The position numbers were made by a program, and so were the translations under genes. The notes below the pieces were generated by a model. It had not been told where the DNA came from and made no database searches. It was given only the letters and a program-made list of their open reading frames with translations. A stretch of 47,945 nt of DNA from Patescibacteria group bacterium. Its GTDB lineage: Bacteria; Patescibacteriota; Minisyncoccia; Phycocordibacterales; UBA918. Below are positions 46,701 through 47,945 of this stretch, piece after piece. The stretch lies in NCBI GenBank assembly GCA_039188945.1, contig JBCCYW010000006.1, forward strand, positions 1 through 47,945, given 5' to 3'. Positions within the stretch are counted from its first letter, which is position 1; each line of letters starts with the position of its first letter.

Positions 46701-47945
46701 CTTGCCTCAGAACCAGCAATATCCCACGACGAAGTCAAACTGTAGGCTCTGATCGTATTTGAATTGTTGTCCGCCGTGAAATACATCATGCCGTCGGGAC
46801 GAAATGCCACGTCTTGCGCACCGTTAAGACCGGTCGGACTAATGTTTGTATCGAGCGTAGCCGAAGTAACATCCCATGGTGTACTTAGATCGTACTGATA
46901 GAGCAGGTTGCTGGTGTTTCTTATAATATGCATGACCGTGCCATCAGGCTTGAACGAGACGCCAATTGGCAGGCTGAAGAGGTTGAGATTACCAACCGCC
47001 TCAGTACTACTCGAGAGCACCCACCCTTCACCCGGGCCAAAGATAGTTTCAGAGTTACTAGAGAAGCTAGCGGTGCCGAGATTGGTATAATCTCCTTGTA
47101 TAGACAGGTCACCAGCAAAGACAGCTGTCGACGTAGCCGTGCTACTACTCATAAACAAGATATGCAGGGCACCTTCAGCTGTGTCACCACTAGAAGTAGC
47201 TTCATCACTTTCAGCTCCTACCGCTAGGTCAGTGACACCGTCACCGTTGAGGTCGCCGAGGTTGGCGAGGGCAGCACCAAAAGCATCACTGCTATCCAGT
47301 CCACTTGGTCCGCCGTTTTCGTTGTCAGAGATTTTGACGGTGGAATCAACCGTGCCGTCACTGTTCATGAAGAGGATGAAGAGGGCGCCTTCACTACTAT
47401 CACCACCGGAAGTCGCTTCGTCAAATCGTGCCCCCACCGCTAGATCAGTCACGCCGTCACCGTTGAGGTCGCCGAGGTTGGCGACAGCGGAGCCGAAGCT
47501 GTCAGAACTATCGAGACCGGATGGTCCGCCGTTTTCAGAATCGGAAATCTTGACGGTGGAGTCGACGGTACCGTCGCTGTTCATAAAGAGGATGTAGAGG
47601 GCGCCTTCAAAAGCATTACCACCAGAAGTCGCTTCGTCAAATCGTGCCCCCACCGCTAGATCAGTCACGCCGTCACCGTTGAGGTCGCCGAGGTTGGTAA
47701 CTGCAGTACCAAACTCATCACTGCTATCCAGTCCACTTGGTCCGCCGTTTTCGTTGTCAGAGATTTTGACGGTGGAGTCGACGGTGCCATCACTGTTCAT
47801 GAAGAGGATGAAGAGGGCGCCCTCACTACTATCACCACCGGACGTAGCTTCGTCAAATCGTGCCCCCACCGCTAGATCAGTCACGCCGTCACCGTTGAGG
47901 TCGCCGATAGTAGCGACTGAAATACCAAATCTGTCAAAACCATCC
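43709..47945 (-). CDS. giant adhesin-like protein (FG-GAP repeats, beta-propeller, DUF2341/LamG-like); 5' end lies outside the window
   Basis: The frame stays open to the window edge (DGFDRFGISVATIGDLNGDGV). GDLNGDGxxDLAVGA repeats, YDLxTPWD repeats and LamG-like motifs. Confidence 0.88.
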   Translation of the reverse strand, partial: DGFDRFGISVATIGDLNGDGVTDLAVGARFDEATSGGDSSEGALFILFMNSDGTVDSTVKISDNENGGPSGLDSSDEFGTAVTNLGDLNGDGVTDLAVGARFDEATSGGNAFEGALYILFMNSDGTVDSTVKISDSENGGPSGLDSSDSFGSAVANLGDLNGDGVTDLAVGARFDEATSGGDSSEGALFILFMNSDGTVDSTVKISDNENGGPSGLDSSDAFGAALANLGDLNGDGVTDLAVGAESDEATSSGDTAEGALHILFMSSSTATSTAVFAGDLSIQGDYTNLGTASFSSNSETIFGPGEGWVLSSSTEAVGNLNLFSLPIGVSFKPDGTVMHIIRNTSNLLYQYDLSTPWDVTSATLDTNISPTGLNGAQDVAFRPDGMMYFTADNNSNTIRAYSLTSSWDIAGSEASATFITGGGQQGLRFTPDGRQLFVVFSTTIRVYDLTTPWDITTASLATTETVSTEDGSAQGIDFAPDGSRMYMIGSANQAIYTYDLTTPWDITTRDFIGSFRVSSEETDPQDVFFSQDGTNAYIVGLTDGDVDQYAIAAQPQTATGTMTGAAAFNDLTISNTGSNGTTSQSVIFGAPASTTGTFTMQASSSARFLANATNTFQNIDLRGNVNEPIFIRSSATGTQTIWDVPGTQVDVVMVDVRDNYAVQNITVTNGEDSGNNTNWTFITAAAPFWNSTDWTTYDTIRIESDNIDEDLTDFPVYIDLADLSSDFWSTTPAGASVVGTDIRVTTNDGSPVELPRELVTASSTLETGELHFKANFISSSVDTVFRVYYNGTTTGDYGVTDPYGAENVWTNGYVGVYHLNEEGNSDTGGYLDSTAFSHDGTGVSMTSASDVSGQLGTAQDFDGSFDYISIADTVDNRVGTSDFTTSAWIRPPDSNQAGFAVSKRENSGQFVQWSMGIGSSNSFGSLLSGKNFVYFTVQNEFNRMFEYTTAEVANDTWRHTVLTREGSSDTEVYIDGAVASLTTSRNVGSKPYNLGNTVPWNIARGNGTAIYEGEVDEVRLANTTRSSGWIGAEHLNQSTTTDFYSVNFIPPVGSSTISDHDDTQVNNAFDFQNKTNEPLFGFKITPNSGNATVTELVIGVSGVTDIDPTDFSNIRLYRDLDSDGEYDASEPEIGGVGALVIAEQLGSITFSADFLSTTSQNYLVVADWNAPVKDAALVLDLWPDNITAIDSDGTHDFFGEVDDIQHNRLSKSGGGGGVDDPIIGRATTTGGTQGGGDAIDDGDDDGENIVDDPQFLKPSSDGSPNMEFSNSDQAYESDGSHASTISGDERHSYSGFGFSIPVSNEIVGIEVKLDGSYNASPATFAVYLSWNNGVNYTSPQTTPTINFASDQVYTLGGPSDTWGRSWVPSDFDDGSLVLDVVISESFVDLDALQINVYNQAGGGGAGGGGSI
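47150..47945 (-). repeat. 216-bp (72-aa) FG-GAP tandem repeats
   Basis: CCGTCACCGTTGAGGTCGCCGA recurs at 47238, 47454, 47670 and 47886. Confidence 0.95.

Noticed and set aside
47150-47945. CRISPR array or DGR template/variable repeat pair
   Set aside because: The repeats are 216-bp in-frame coding units with no spacers; differences are not confined to adenines; no cas or reverse transcriptase gene in the window.
1-47945. Alternative genetic code (TGA read as Gly, code 25)
   Set aside because: Conserved genes are full length under code 11, and TGA ends genes at ATGA overlaps (35104, 39872).

Overview
Gene-dense bacterial window in the standard genetic code (TGA used as stop). The gene content points to Patescibacteria/CPR, probably Parcubacteria-like; this placement is inference from shortened PheS, PheT, ThrS, EF-Ts and RF1, split transketolase, a NusB-Nudix fusion, tandem type IV pilins and SD-less housekeeping genes. 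The core backbone is smc (partial), three pilins, rnc, nusB, rpmF, rnhB, dnaE, HIT, thrS, gyrB, pheST, a GT2 enzyme, tRNA-Thr(UGU), tsf, rpsB, prfA, rpmE, rplY and a gap-rpiB-rpe-tkt/pfkB sugar cluster. Three things stand out. (1) A five-gene surface locus (38.3-47.9 kb) has two paralogous WxL-like subunits, a DUF916/chaperone-like membrane protein, an FN3 membrane anchor sharing an N-terminal strand motif with the small subunit, and a giant FG-GAP/LamG adhesin. It is a candidate sortase- and usher-independent fibre system. (2) A sortase lies next to a 1133-aa protein whose TPYTG-TM sorting signal is internal and followed by about 270 cytoplasmic residues. (3) A T-box riboswitch precedes thrS, and several 90-150 nt G-U-containing palindromic elements are scattered through the window, one of them inserted in frame in dnaE. 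All calls come from reading motifs by eye; no searches or folding programs were run.
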